From Mobula hypostoma (taxonomy: Eukaryota): a stretch of 64,000 bases of DNA. A program made the position numbers and the translations under genes. The notes beneath the pieces were generated by a model. That model was not told where the DNA came from. It saw only the letters and a program-made list of their open reading frames with translations, and ran no database searches. The stretch covers positions 20,710,001 through 20,774,000 of the forward strand of contig NC_086118.1 of assembly GCF_963921235.1 (NCBI RefSeq). Reading direction: 5' to 3'. Below, one piece after another: positions 49,824-63,090 of this stretch. Each line of letters starts with the position of its first letter. The first letter of the stretch is position 1.

Positions 49824-52800
49824 CTATAAGACCATAAGATATAAAAGCAGAAGTAGGCCATTCAGCCCATCGAGTCTGCTCTGCCATTCAATCATGAGCT
49901 GATCCAATTCTTCCAGTCATCCCCACTCCCCTGCCTTCTCCTCATACCCTTTGAAGCTCTGGCTAATCAAGGACCTATCAATCTCTGTCTTAAATGCATC
50001 CAATGACTTGGCCTTCACAGCCGCTCGTGGCAACAAATTCCACAGATTTACCACCCTCTGACTAAAGTAATTTCTCCGCATCTCTGTTCTAAATGGACAT
50101 CCTTCAATCCTGAAGTCCTAGACTCCCCTAGCACGGGAGATAACTTTGGCAAATTTAATCTGTTCAGGCCTTTTAACATCTGGAATGTTTCTTTGAGATC
50201 CCCCCTCATTCTCCTGAACTCCAGGGAGTACAGCCCAAGAGCTGCCAGATGTTCCTCATATGGTAACCCTTTCATTCCTGGAATCATTCTCATGAATCTG
50301 CTCTGAACCCTCTCAATGCTAGTATATCCTTTCTAAAATAAGGAGCCTGAAACTGCACACAATACTCCCAAGTGTAGTCTTACGAGTACCTTAGAGCCTC
50401 AACATCACATCCCTGCTCTTATATTCTATACCTCTAGAAATGAATGCCAACATTGCATTCGCCTTTTTCACCACCAACTAAACCTGAGGTTAACCTTTGA
50501 GGTATCCTGCACAAGGACTCCCAAGTCCCTTTGCACCTCTGCCTTTTGAATTCTCTCCCCACCTAAATAATAGTCAGCCCGTTTATTTCTTCCACCAAAG
50601 TGCATGACCATACACTTTCCAACATTGTATTTCATTTGCTACTTCTTTGCCCATTCCCCTAAACTATCTACATGTCTTTGCAGGCTCTCTGTTTCCTCAA
50701 CACTACCTGCTCCTCCACGTATCTTTGTATCATTGGCAAATTTAGCCACAAATCCATTAATCCCAAGTCGTGAAAGTCGTGAATAGCACGTTCAGTGAGT
50801 TGGCCACACCGCAGCTAAAGGCTACACAGGCAGAAAGGGAATGGGTGGCCAACTAAACAGCGTAGCAGTAGGCAGGTAGTGCAGGAGTCCCCTGAGGTCA
50901 TCTCCCTCCTAAACAGATATACTGTTTTGGATACTGTTGGGGGAGATGTCTCATCAGAGGAAGGTAACAGCAGCCGAGTTCATGGCACCATGGGTGGCTC
51001 TGCGGCATAGAAGGGAAGGGAAAGGAGTGGGAGAGCTATAGTGATAGGGGATTCAAATGTAAGGGGAATAGGTAGGCGTTTCTGCAGCGGCAAACGAGAC
51101 TCCAGGAGGGTATGTTGCCTCCCTGGTGCAAGGGTCAGGGATGTCTCTGAGCAGCTGCAGGACATTCTGGAGTGGGAGGGTGAACAGCCAGTGGTCGTGG
51201 TGCACGTAGGTACCAACAATATAGGTAAAAAACGGGATGAGATCCTACAAGGTGAATTTAGGGAGTTAGAAGGTAAACTAAAAAGTGGGACCACAAAGGT
51301 AATAATCTCTGGATTTCTACCAGTACCACATGCTAGTCAGAGTAGAAATAGGAGGATATTTCAGATGAATACATGGCTTGAAAAATGGTGCGGGGGGGGG
51401 GGATTCAAATTTCTGGGGCATTGGAACCAGTTCTGGAGGAGGTGGGACCGGTACAAGCAGGACGGTCTGCACCTGGGCTGGACTGGAACCAATGTCTGAG
51501 GGGGTGTGTTTGCTACTGTTGTTCAGGAGGATTTAAACTAATGTGGCAGGGGGATGGGAACAAGTGCAGAGAGACAGAGGGGTGTAAAATGAGGGTAGAA
51601 GCAAAAAGTAGTGTGAAAAGTAAATGTGGCAGGCCGGCAAATCCAGGGCAAAAATCAAAAAGGGCCACTTTTCAACATAATTGTATAAGGGCTAAGAGAA
51701 TTGTAAAAGTGAGCCTGAAGGCTTTGTGTGTCAATGCAAGGAGCATTCGTAACAAGGTGGATGAATTGAATGTGCAGATAGTTATTAATGAATATGATAT
51801 AGTTGGGATCACAGAGACATGGCTGCAGGGTAACCAAGGATGGGAGGTCAACATTCAGGGATATTCAATATTTAGGAGGGATAGACATGAAAGAAAAGGA
51901 GGTGGGGTGGCATTGCTGGTTAGGGAGGAGATTAACACAATAGAAAGAAAGGACATTAGCCGGGAGGATGTAGGATCGATATGGGTAGAGCTGCATAACA
52001 CTAAGGGACAGAAAACGCTGGTGTTGTGTACAGGTCACCTAACAGTAGTAGTGAGGTTGGGGATGGCATTAAACAGGAAATTAGAAATGCGTGCAATAAA
52101 GGAATAGCAGTTATAATGAGTGACTTCAATCTACATATAGATTGGGTGAACCAAATTGGTAAGGGTGCTGAGGAAGAGGATTTCTTAGAATGTATGCAGG
52201 ATAGTTTTCTGAACCAACATGTTGAAGAACCAACTAGAGAGCAGGCCATTCTAGACTGGGTATTGAGCAATGAGGAAGGGTTAGTTAGCAATCTTGTTGT
52301 GCGAGGCCCCTTGGGTAAGAATGACCATAATATGGTGGAATTCTTCATTAAGATGGAGAGTGATATAGGTAATTCAGTAACAAAGGTTCTGAACTTAAAG
52401 AAGGGTAACTTTGAAGGTGTGAGACGTGAATTAGCTAAGATAGACTGGCAAATGACACTTAAAGGGTTGACGGTGGATATGCAATGCCAAGCATTTGAAG
52501 ATCGCATGGATGAACTACAACACTTGTTCATCCCAGTTTGGCAAAAGAATAAACCAGGGAAGGTAGTGCACCCGTGGCTGACAAGGGAAATTAGGGATAG
52601 TATCAATTCCAAAGAAGAAACATACAAATTAGCCAGAAAAAGCGACACACCTGAGGACTGGGAGAAATTCAGAGTCCAGCAGAGGAGGACAAAGGGCTTA
52701 ATTAGGAAAGGGAAAAAAGCTTATGAGAGAAAGTTGGCAGGGAGCATAAAAACTGACTGTAAAAGCTTTTAGAGATATGTGAAAAGAAAAAGATTGTTTA

Positions 52801-55800
52801 AGATAAATGTAGGTCCCTTACAGGCAGAAATGGGTGAATTGATCATGGGGAACAAGGACATGGCAGACCAATTGAATAACTACTTTGGTTCTGTCTTCAC
52901 TAAGGAGGACATAAATAATTTTCTGGAAATAGGGGACCGAGGGTCTAGTGAGATGGAAGAACTGAGGGAAATACATGTTAGTAGGGAAGTGGTGTTAGGT
53001 AAATTGAAGGGATTAAAGGCAGATAAATCCCCAGGGCCAGATGGTCTACATCCCAGAGTGCTTAAGGAAGTAGCCCAAGATATAGTGGATGCATTAGTGA
53101 TAATTTTTCAGAACTCTTCAGATCCTGGAGTAGTTCCTGAGGATTGGCGGGTGGCTAATGTAACCCTGCTTTTTAAAAAAGGAGGGAGAGAGAAACTGTG
53201 GAATTATAGACCGGTAAGCCTGACATCGGTGGTGGGGAAAATGCTAGAGTCAGTTATCAAAGATGTGATAACAGCGCATTTGGAAAGCGGTGAAATCATC
53301 GGACAAAGTCAGCATGGACTTGTGAAAGGAAAATCATGTCTGACGAATCTCATAGAGTTTTTTAAGGATGTAACTAGTAGAGTGGATAGGGGAGAACCAG
53401 TGGATGTGGTATATTTGGATTTTCAAAAGGCTTTTGACAAGGTCCCACACTGGAGATTAGTGTGCAAACTTAAAGCACAAGGTATTGGGGGTGTGGTATT
53501 GATGTGGATAGATAATTGGTTGGCAGACAGGAAGCAAAGAGTGGGAATAAATGGGACCTTTCCAGAATGGCAGGCAGTGACTAGTGGGGTACTGCAAGGC
53601 TCAGTGCTGGGACCCCAGTTGTTTACAATATATATTAATGACTTAGACAAGAGAATTAAATGCAGCATCTCCAAGTTTGCGGATGACACGAAGCTGGGCG
53701 GCAGTGTTAGCTGTGAGGAGGATGCTAAGAGGATGCAGGGTGACTTGGATAGGTTAGGTGAGTGGGCAAATTCATGGCAGATGCAATTTAATGTGGATAA
53801 GTGTGAGGTTATCCACTTTGGTGACAAGAACAGGAAAACAGATTATTATCTGATGGTGGCCGATTAGGAAAAGGGGAGGTGCAACGAGACCTGGGTGTCA
53901 TTGTACACCAGTCATTGAAAGTGGGCATGCAGGTACAGCAGGTGGTGAAAAAGGCGAATGGTATGCTGGCATTCATAGCAAGAGGATTCGAGTATAGGAG
54001 CAGGGAGGTACTACTGTAGTTGTACAAGGCCTTGGAGAGACCACACCTGGAGTATTGTGTGCAGTTTTGCTCCCCTAATCTGAGGAAAGACATTCTTGCC
54101 ATAGAGGGAGTACAAAGAAGGTTCACCAGATTGATTCCTGGGATGGCAGGGCTTTCATATGATGAAAGACTGGATCAACTAGGCTTATACTCTTCGCAAT
54201 TTAGAAGATTGAGGGGGGATCTTATTGAAACGTATAAAATTCTAAATGGATTGGACAGGCTAGATGTCGGAAGATTGTTCCCGATGTTGGGGAAGTCCAG
54301 AACGAGGGGTCACAGTTTGAGGATAAAGGGGAAGCCTTTTAGGACCGAGATGAGGAAAAACTTCTTCACACAGAGAGTGGTGAATTTGTGCCACAGGAAA
54401 CAGTTGAGGCCAGTTCATTGGCTATATTTAAGAGGGAGTTAGATATGGCCCTTGTGCCTAAAGGGATCGGGGGTATGGAGAGAAGGCAGGTACAGGGTTC
54501 TGAGTTGGATGATCAGCTATGATCATACTGAATGGCGGTGCAGGCTCGAAGGGCCGAATGGCCTACTCCTGCACCTATTTTCTATGTTTCTAAGTCATTG
54601 ATATACATCGTAAAAAGCAGTGGTCCCAACACCGACTCTTGTGGAACTCCACTGGTAACCAACAGCCAGCCAGAGTAGGATCCATTTATTCCCACTCTGT
54701 TTTCTGCCAATGCTCCACCCATGCTAGTAACTTCCCTGTAATTCCATGGGCTCTTAGCTTGCTAAGCAGCCTCATATGTGGCACCTTGTCAAAGCCCTTC
54801 TGAAAATCCAAGTGCACCACATCTACTGCATCTCCTTTGTCTACCCTGCTTGTAATTTCTTCAAAAAATTGCAGTAGGTTAGGCAGGATTTTCCTTTCAG
54901 GAAACTATGTTGGCTTCGGTATATCTTGCCATGTGCCTCCAGGTACTCCATAATTTCATCCCTAACAATTGATTCCAACAACTTCCCAACCACTGATGTC
55001 AGGCTAACAGGTCTGTGGTTTCCTTTCTGCTGTCTCCCACCTTTCTTAAAAAGTGGAGTAACATTTGCAATTTTCCAGTCATCCAGTACAATGCCAGAAT
55101 CTATCGATTCATGAAAGAACATTGCTAATGCCTCCGCAATCTCTCCAGCTACTTCCTTCAGAACCCAAGGGTGCGTTCCATCAGGTTCAGGAGATTTATC
55201 CACCCTCAGACCATTAGGCTTCCTGAGCACCTACTCAGTCGTAATTTTCACTGCACATTTTTAACTTCCCTGACACTCTTGAATGTCCGGTAGAGTGCAG
55301 ATGTCTTCCACTGTGAAGACTGATGCAAAATACGCATTCAGTTCCACTACCAGCTCTGCATCTCTCATTACAATATCTCTAGTGTCATTTCCTTTTGGTC
55401 CTATATCTACCCTCAACTCTCTTTTACCCTTTATGTACTGAAAAAAGCTTTTAGTATCTTCTTTGATATTAGTCACCAGCTTCCTTTCATAATTCATCTT
55501 TTCCCTCCTAATAACCTTCTTAGTTTCCTTCTGCAAGTTTTTAAAAGCTTCCCAGTCCTCCATCTTCCCTCATTTTTTGCAGAAACTCCAGCCATGTGCT
55601 CTGCTGTGCTTCCTGCTAGTGTTCTTTTCCAGTCAGCCTTGGCCGGTTCCCTTCTCATGCCATTGTAATTTCCTTTATTCCCCTGAAATACCAACACATT
55701 GGAATTTAGTTTCTCCTTCTCAAATTTCAAAGTGAACACGATCATATTGTGAGCGCTGTTCCCTAAGGGTTCCTTAACCTTAAGCTCTCTTATCGCCTCT

Positions 55801-57379
55801 GGATCATTGCACAACACCCAAACCAGCACAACCGATCCCTTAGTGGCTCAACATCAAGTTGTTCTAAAAAGCCATCCCTTAGACATTCTACAAATTCTCT
55901 TTCTTGAGATCCAGTACTGGCCTGGTTTTCCCAATCCACTTTCATGTTAAAATCCCCAGTGGTTATCATGACATTGCCCTTCTGACACGCCTTTTCTGTC
56001 TCCTGCTGTAATTTGTAATCCACATCCCGACTGCTGTTTGGAGGCCTGTATACAATTGCCATTTTGGTCCTTGTACCCTCTTCTTAATTCAACCCTTAGA
56101 GACTCTACACCTTCCAATCCTATGTCATCCCTTTCAAATGATTTGATATTATTTCTTATACACAGGGTCACACCACCCCTTTGCCTACTAACCTATCTTT
56201 CTGATGCACTATATATCCTTGGACGTTCAGCTCCCAATGGCAGCCATCCTTTAGCCAAGTTTCAGGGATGGCCACAACGTCATACTTGCCAATCTGTAGC
56301 TGTAGATCATCCATTTTATTTCTTATGCTACGTGCATTCAGATACAACACTTTCATCCAGTATTTATTGTTTTCTGTTTTAACTGCACCATGCCTCTATT
56401 GCCCTTTAACTCATCCCAGTGGCAGTGATTATGCCTCATATCCTGCCTGTCCTTTCTATCATCTCTGTTGCACACTATCTCTGATTTATTTCTGTTTTCC
56501 CCTTCCTCAGCCCTATTACTCCAGTTCCCATCCCTCTGCCAAATTATTTAAATCCTCCCTAACAGCTCTATTAAACTTGCCTTGCTAGGATATTGGAGCC
56601 TTTTGGGTTTAGGTGTAACCTGTCCTTTTTGTACAGGTCGTACCTCCCCCAGATCCAGGAACCTGAAGCCCTGCCCCCTACACCAGTCTCTCAGCCACGC
56701 ATTGATATGCCCGATCATGCTATTCTTACTTTCGTTAGCACGTGGCACAGGCAGCAATCCTGAGATTACTACCTTGGAGGTCCTGCTTTTCAGCTTCCTA
56801 CCCAACTCCCTGAATTCTCTCTTCAGGACCTTCCCTTTTTCTACCTATGTCATTGGTACCAACGTGTACCAAGACATTTGGCTTTTCACCCTCTCCCTTC
56901 AGAATACTCTGCACCCGATCTGAGACATCCCGTACCCTGGCACCAGGGAGGCAACACACCATGCGGGTATCTGTATCAGGCTGACAGAATCTCCTGTCTG
57001 TTCCCCTCGCTATGGAATCCCCTATGACTACCGTATTCCTCATCATCTTCTCTCCCATCTGCACCACGGAACCAGGCTCAATACCAGAGACCCAATCATC
57101 GTGGTCGTCCTCTGTCAGGTCACCCCCCTCAACAGCATCCAAAACGAGATAACGATTACTGAGGGGGATGGCCACAGGGGTGCTCTCTACTATCTGAGCT
57201 CTTCCCATCCCTTCCCCGACAGTCACCCACTTACCTAACTCCTGCAGCCTCAGGGTGACTAACTCCTTTTAGCTCCTATCTGTCTCCTGATCACTTTCTC
57301 TAATAAGCTGTAGGTCATAAAGCCGCTGCTCCAGGTGCCTAATATGGTCTCTCAGAAGCTGCATCTTGGTGCACCTGGT
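49824..57379 (-). mobile_element. Near full-length CR1 LINE (outer), decayed
   Basis: ORF1 SGNH esterase (VIGDSIARG, HVGTNDIG; 56798-57226), APE (YLNARSIRNK), RT pieces, 3' tail at ~49824. 7-bp TSD GAAAGGA (49817-49823, 57380-57386). Confidence 0.9.
50770..54591 (+). mobile_element. Near full-length CR1 LINE (inner) inserted in the outer CR1 RT
   Basis: ORF1 esterase (IGDSNVRG, GTNNIG, DGLHL); ORF2 APE+RT in ORFs 51385-54442 with a few frameshifts and FADD intact. AAGTC direct repeat at 50765-50769 and 54592-54596. Confidence 0.92.
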
Positions 57380-57968
57380 GAAAGGAAGGGGCAAGATGCC
57401 GTGATAGAAAGGTGGGAGGGGAAAGAAGATAGCTAGAAAGTGATAGGTGAAGCCAAGTGAGTAGGAAAGATAAAGGGCTGAAGAGCAAGGAGTCTGATAG
57501 GACAGGAGAGTGGATCACAGGAGAAAGGAACCCAGAGCGAGGTGAAAGGTAGGTGAGAAGAGGTAAGAGGCCAGGCTTCAGAAAAGAAGAAGGGAGAGAG
57601 AATTTTATTTTACTAAAGGAGAAATCGATATTCATGCCATCAGGTTGGAGGCTACCCAGACAGAATATAAGGTGTTGCTCCTCTATGCTAAGGTTGGCCT
57701 TATCATTGCATAAGAAACGGCCATCAACTGACATGTTGGAATGGGAATGGGATTTAAAACGTTTGGCCACAAGGAAGTTCTGCTTTTGTTGGATAGAGTG
57801 AAGGGGTTCTCCAATTTACAACAGGTCTTACCAATATAGAGGAGGCTACATCGGGAGCATTTGACACAATGGACAACCCCAGCATATTCACAGGTGAAGT
57901 GCTGCCTGACCTGGAAGGACTGCTTGGGGCCCTGAATGGAGGTAAGAGAGGAAATGAATGGGCAGGTA

Positions 57969-58838
57969 TCTCGGGTAATGATGAGTTTGAGTACAGAGAG
58001 GAAATTAAGAACCTGGTGGCATGGTGCGAAGACAATAACCTATCCCTCAATGTCAGCAAGACGAAGGAATTGGTTGTTGACTTCAGAAGGAGTAGTGGAC
58101 CGCATGACCCCATTTACATCGGTGGTGCACAAGTGGAACAGGTCAAAATCTTTAAATTCCTCGGGGTCAATATCACAAATGACCTGACTTGGTCCAACCA
58201 AGCAGAGTTCACTGCCAAGAAGGCCCACCAGCACCTTTACTTCCTGAGAAAACTAAAGAAATTTGGCCTGTCCCCTAAAACCCTCACTAATTTTTATAGA
58301 TGCACCGTAGAAAGCATTCTTCTAGGGTGCATCACAACCTGGTATGGAAGTTGTCCTGTCCAAAACCAGAAGAAGCTGCAGAAGATCGTAAACACAGCCT
58401 GGCACATCACACAAACCAATCTTCCGTCCTTGGACTCACTTTACACCGCACGCTGTCGGAGCAGTGCTGCCAGGATAATCAAGGACACGACCTACCCAGC
58501 GAACACACTTTTCGCCCCTCTTCCCTCCGGAAGAAGGCTCAGGAGCTTGAAGACTCGTACGGCCAGATTTGGGAACAGCTTCTTTCCAACTGTGAAAAGA
58601 CTGCTGAACAGATCCTGACTGGGATCTGGGCCGTACCCTCCAAATATCCGGACCTGCCTCTCAGTTTTTTTTGCACTACTTTATTTTCCCTTTTCTATTT
58701 TCTATTTATGATTTATAATTTAAATTTTTAATATTTACTATTGATTTGTACTGTAGGGAGTGCGAAGTGCAGAATCAAATATCGCTGTGGTGATTGTACT
58801 CTCTAGTATCAATTGTTTGGTAACAATAAGGTATAAAG
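57969..58838 (+). mobile_element. Rex1/Babar LINE 3' part; (TATAAAG)n tail continues at 61111-61125
   Basis: ORF to 58618 has NNLSLNVSKTKELVVDFR, FKFLGV and LPSGRRLRSLKTRTARFGNSFFP. Confidence 0.9.
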
Positions 58839-61110
58839 TAGTGGTCACCAACTTTTTAAGCCCAAGATCCCCTACTTCGACCTCAGTGAAAGGCAAGTCT
58901 ACCTACTAAATCGTTTAGAGAAAAAACAGCTGAGATTGTACTTCCAATTTGAGGCCTTTTATTTGGGTGAATTGTATTTGAATTACACAAAATACTTTTG
59001 TCGAACTTTCAAGTTAATTCAAACAAGAAAACACTGTAACTAGCATATCAAACAGGCCATAGCTGTCTTTCTTTAAGAATATTACAATACTTCACACCTT
59101 TAATTCTAAGTTTCATTATTTAATTTTATTTCAACACGAAAAATAAATGAATAAAAATTGACTGTTGCACTCAGTGTGATGACTGGGGCTGAATACTTTC
59201 TGCTATTTCCCCGTAATTTGGCTCATAACTACAGACAACCCGTCTGAGACAGTCTCTGAGGTGTAGGGTTGCCAACTGTCCCGTATTCCCCCCGCTAAGG
59301 TAGAACGTTCCTATGAAACCTTTCATTACGAAATGCTTTACGCCAAAAAAGCACTTACCATTAATTCATATGGAAAAAAATTTTGAGCGTTCCCAGACCC
59401 AAAAAAATAACCTACCAAATCATACCAAATAACACATAAAACCTAAAATGACACTAGCATATAGTAAAAGCAGGAATGATATGATAAATACACAGCCTAT
59501 ATAAAGTAGAAATAATGAAAATTAAGCCAAAACCAATTCGTGGGGTAAAAGAAAAATCGGCACCTACGTGCATGCGCACACAGGTGTCCGCGCAAGACTT
59601 CATGGTCATGGTAGTCTTTCTCGGGGTAAACACAAATGTCCTGGGATTTGACTGCTATTTTTGTCCCTTATTTGGGAGTGAGAAAGTTGGCAACCCTAGT
59701 GAGGTGTCTGTCAGTAAGTCAGCTCCTGTACTTAGATTTAATAATTTTCATCTGTGAAAATGCAATTTCACATAGATAAGTTGACCCGAAGTAGGCACTG
59801 ACTTTTAGTGGTATAAAACCAATGCGCACACCGTGCATTGCTCGGCCCCATCAGTAGTAATTGCCACCAGTTTATGAATGGGAATGTCATTTTCACGGAC
59901 ATATTTTTTTGAACTCATTTTAAATATCCTCACCTCTCGTTCTTTCCTTTAATTGCAAAAGAGTGAGGAAGTCCTCCTTTGTTGTAAAATCCTGGAAAGC
60001 CATTCTGACAAATACAACAAGCTGAGCTGTTTGCATTACAACCAGGGATTCATTGAACTGTAGTGAAAAATATTCACGTCCTCTGACGGTGACTGTACCC
60101 TCCTTGTCACTGTTGCAGGGCCAAGCAGTATATTACGTATTGCATTTGTGATGCTGTTTTTGTTTTTAAAGTCATTAAAAACAGTCTCTGCGCTGATGAC
60201 CATTGCTTCCTTGAATAAATCGCCATCTGTAAATGGCTTCTTGTGTTCAGCCAAAAGGTGACTTAGACGAAATGATGCTTCAATAGCAGCCTTATTTTGA
60301 GCAGCGTGTTTTGTGGAAAACGATTGCTGGCCTTCAACCCCGATTTCAGCTCAACTTTCCAGGCACGAATTGTGCTCTTTGGAGAGTAGGAGTCTTTAAA
60401 TTCCTGGTGGTTGGTGTTGCAGTGCCGCTCCAGATTCCCTCTTTTAATCAGTGCTTGTGTTAGGTGGCACAACATACATGCACACTTGTCTTTCACCAAG
60501 GTAAATATAAATTCCTCTTCCCATTCTGGATGGAATTTGTATGTTTTTGCCTTCTTTCGTGGAGCCTCCGCTATGCTATCAGGATATCACGAGCGATTGC
60601 CGATTGCATCGCCTCTGATCTGAGTCGACACTTATGTGCCGAGCGGCACCTGATTAATTAGCTTGTTTATTTCGGCTTTCTTTCTTAAAGATATTCTGTG
60701 TGCATCCCGACTACCGCTGCACCCCTGCATGCTTCGCGGCCTGGAGGTTGGGGACCACTGCCGTATATTGATGTTTGCGACAGTCTGTACTCTTATCTAA
60801 TCTGATTGGTCACTTTGATGCAGCACAGGCTGCGCTGAAAACGTGGTGCATGGCGGGGGAACTCAACATATGTGCACTGGGCAGAAAGAACGGAACTAAA
60901 CCCCCGCAACCCGGAAACAATCTCTCTTTACAAACAGCTTTTTAGTGAAAATATTGCTATATTACCATTATCCTAATTAGTATTACTTACTTTTATAATG
61001 CTCACATTACAACAGCATTCGTGTATTTATTTTTGATTTTTCTTCGGCATCTACTGGGAAAGTCTCAAAGATCAACCGGTGGATCGCAATCGACGGGTTG
61101 GCGACCCCTA
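58839..61110 (-). mobile_element. hAT (Charlie-type) DNA transposon, defective
   Basis: TIRs TAGTGGTCACCAAC / GTTGGCGACCCCTA and 8-bp TSD GTATAAAG (58831-58838, 61111-61118). Transposase pieces CMLC...KRGNLERH..TNH (BED-like) and KKPFTDGDLFKEAM. Confidence 0.88.
59264..59698. mobile_element. hAT-type MITE nested in the hAT
   Basis: TIRs TAGGGTTGCCAACT / AGTTGGCAACCCTA; 8-bp TSD with one mismatch, CTGAGGTG / GTGAGGTG. Confidence 0.8.
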
Positions 61111-62162
61111 GTATAAAGTATAAAGTGTAGCACTGTGGCTGCTTGCAGGGACAAGTGCGGGAGGGTGATTTGTAGAGAGGGATGAATAGGCATGGAGGCA
61201 TGGGAATCACGGAGGAGGTGATCCATGTGTAAAACTGAGAGAGGGGAGAGGTAAAGATATGTTTGGTGGTAGGATCCTGATGGGGGTGACAAAAGTTGTG
61301 AAGAGTGATATGTTGGATGTGGAGGTTCATGGAGTGGTAGGTAAGGACAGGAGAAACTACCTCTTTTAAGCTGCGGAAAGACGGGGTGAGTGCAAATGAT
61401 TGGGAAATGGCGGAGATGCAGGTGTAGGAAACATCAGTGGTGGAGGAAGGGAAACCCCTTTCTTTGAAGAAAGAGGACATTTCTGATGTCCTAGAAAGGA
61501 AAGCTGCATCCTGGGAACAAATGCAGCAGAGACGAAGGAACTGAGAAAAGGGAATAGCATTTTTATAGGAGACAGGGTGGGAAGAGGTCAAGATAACCAT
61601 GGGAATTGTTAAGTTTATACAAGATGTCGGTCAACGTTTGTTTCCAGAGATGGAGACAGAGAGATCGAGAAGGAAGAGGGAGGTATCAGAAATGGACCAA
61701 GTAAATTTAAGGGCAGGGTGGAAGTTAGAGGCAAAGTTAATGAAATTGATGAGTTCAGCATGAATGCATCATTCTTGAAAGATTGTTCATGGTTCTCAAT
61801 TGGGTCACCCCACCCTTTTATTGGTATGTATGATGAATTGAGAGGTTGAATAACTTGTTCTGAATATGGTTGATTTTTATCTTGATATAGTTTGAAGTAT
61901 CCTGTTTCATTTTGAGATTTTTTATTCACTATCAAGTGAGATAGTAGTGTGCTCTATATATTGCTATATTAGTTCAGTTAACTTAAAGTTATTTTTCAAG
62001 TCAAAAGTTAAACTAATATTTTTAATGAAAACATGCATGTTAAAATACTTATATATAATATTATAGCCTGTCTGTAATCACACTCTTGTGACATATTTCT
62101 GTACAGATATTTGGTCCTAAAGAACTCTGTAATTTATTGTTCTATGAAGAAATAAATAACTC

Positions 62163-62226
62163 ATCGCTGTGATGATTGTACGTTCTAGTATCAATTGTTT
62201 GGTGACAATAAAGTATAAAGTATAAG
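62163..62226 (+). mobile_element. Rex1-family 3' tail fragment
   Basis: Matches 58780-58838, ends in (TATAAAG)n. Confidence 0.65.
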
Positions 62227-62425
62227 AAGAGTTACACTTTTGCACCTGTTTTTAAATAAGACAGTGCATAGCCTTGAGTTTAGTTTTACTAATCCATACC
62301 TGTAATTATGTTTGCAGCTGCAGCTTACAAATACCTGTTCTGATAAACTATTTACCTGGGTGGGGTTAACTTTTGAGACATTTGTTTCAACTGCTACTAA
62401 CAGGTTTCTGAACAGGTATCTTTGG

Positions 62426-63090
62426 AAACATAGAAACATAGAAAACCTACAACACAATACAGGCCCTTTGGCCCACAAAATTGTGCTGAACTTACCTTAG
62501 AAATTTCTAGGCTTACCCATAGCACTCTATTTTTCTAAGCTCCATGTACCTATCCAAAAGTCTCTTAAAAGACCCTATCGTATCCACCTCCACCAGCGTT
62601 GCCGGCAGCCCATTCCATGCACTCACCACTCTCTGAGTAAAAAAAAAGACACTTACCCCTGACATCTTCTCTGTACCTATTCCCCAGCACCTTAATCCTG
62701 TGTCCTCTTGTGGCAACTATTTCAGCCCTGGGAAAAAGCCTCTTGACTATCCACACGATCAATGCCTCTCATCATCTTATACACCTCTATCAGATCACCT
62801 CTCATCCTCCATCACTCCAAGGAGAAAAGGCCAAGTTCACTCAACCTATTCTCATAAGGCATACTCCCCAATCCAGGCAACATCCTTGTAAATCTCCTCT
62901 GCACCCTTTCTATGACTTCCACATCCTTCCTGTAGTGAGGCGACCAGAACTGAGCACGGTACTCCAAGTGGGTTCTGACCAGGGTCCTATATAGCTGCAA
63001 CATTACCTCTTGGCTCCTAAATTCAATTCCACGATTAATGAAGGCCAATACACCTTCTTAACCGCAGAGTCAACCTGCGCAGCTGCTTTG
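62426..63090 (-). mobile_element. CR1 LINE 3' fragment
   Basis: LAFINRGIEFRS, ERVQRRFTRMLPG and FFTQRVV..WNGLP motifs; (TTTCTATG)n tail. Confidence 0.88.

Larger units (their letters stand above)
49730..61760 (-). mobile_element. Penelope-like element split into three pieces (~49730-49823, 57380-57968, ~61125-61760)
   Basis: Thumb region TSSHPVSYKNAIPFSQFLRL..ICS (ORF 61007-61600); GIY-YIG end EEQHLIFCLGSLQPDGMNIDFS (ORF 57339-57770); tail with decayed hammerhead at 49780-49820. The pieces join across the insertions. Confidence 0.8.

Noticed and set aside
51041..51499. SGNH/GDSL esterase as a captured host enzyme
   Set aside because: An esterase domain is a known component of CR1 ORF1, and it lies in the expected position in both CR1 copies.
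60590..60760. Further hAT MITE (TIR-like GGTTGGGGACCACTG) inside the hAT
   Set aside because: Only one terminus is visible, with no partner TIR or TSD.
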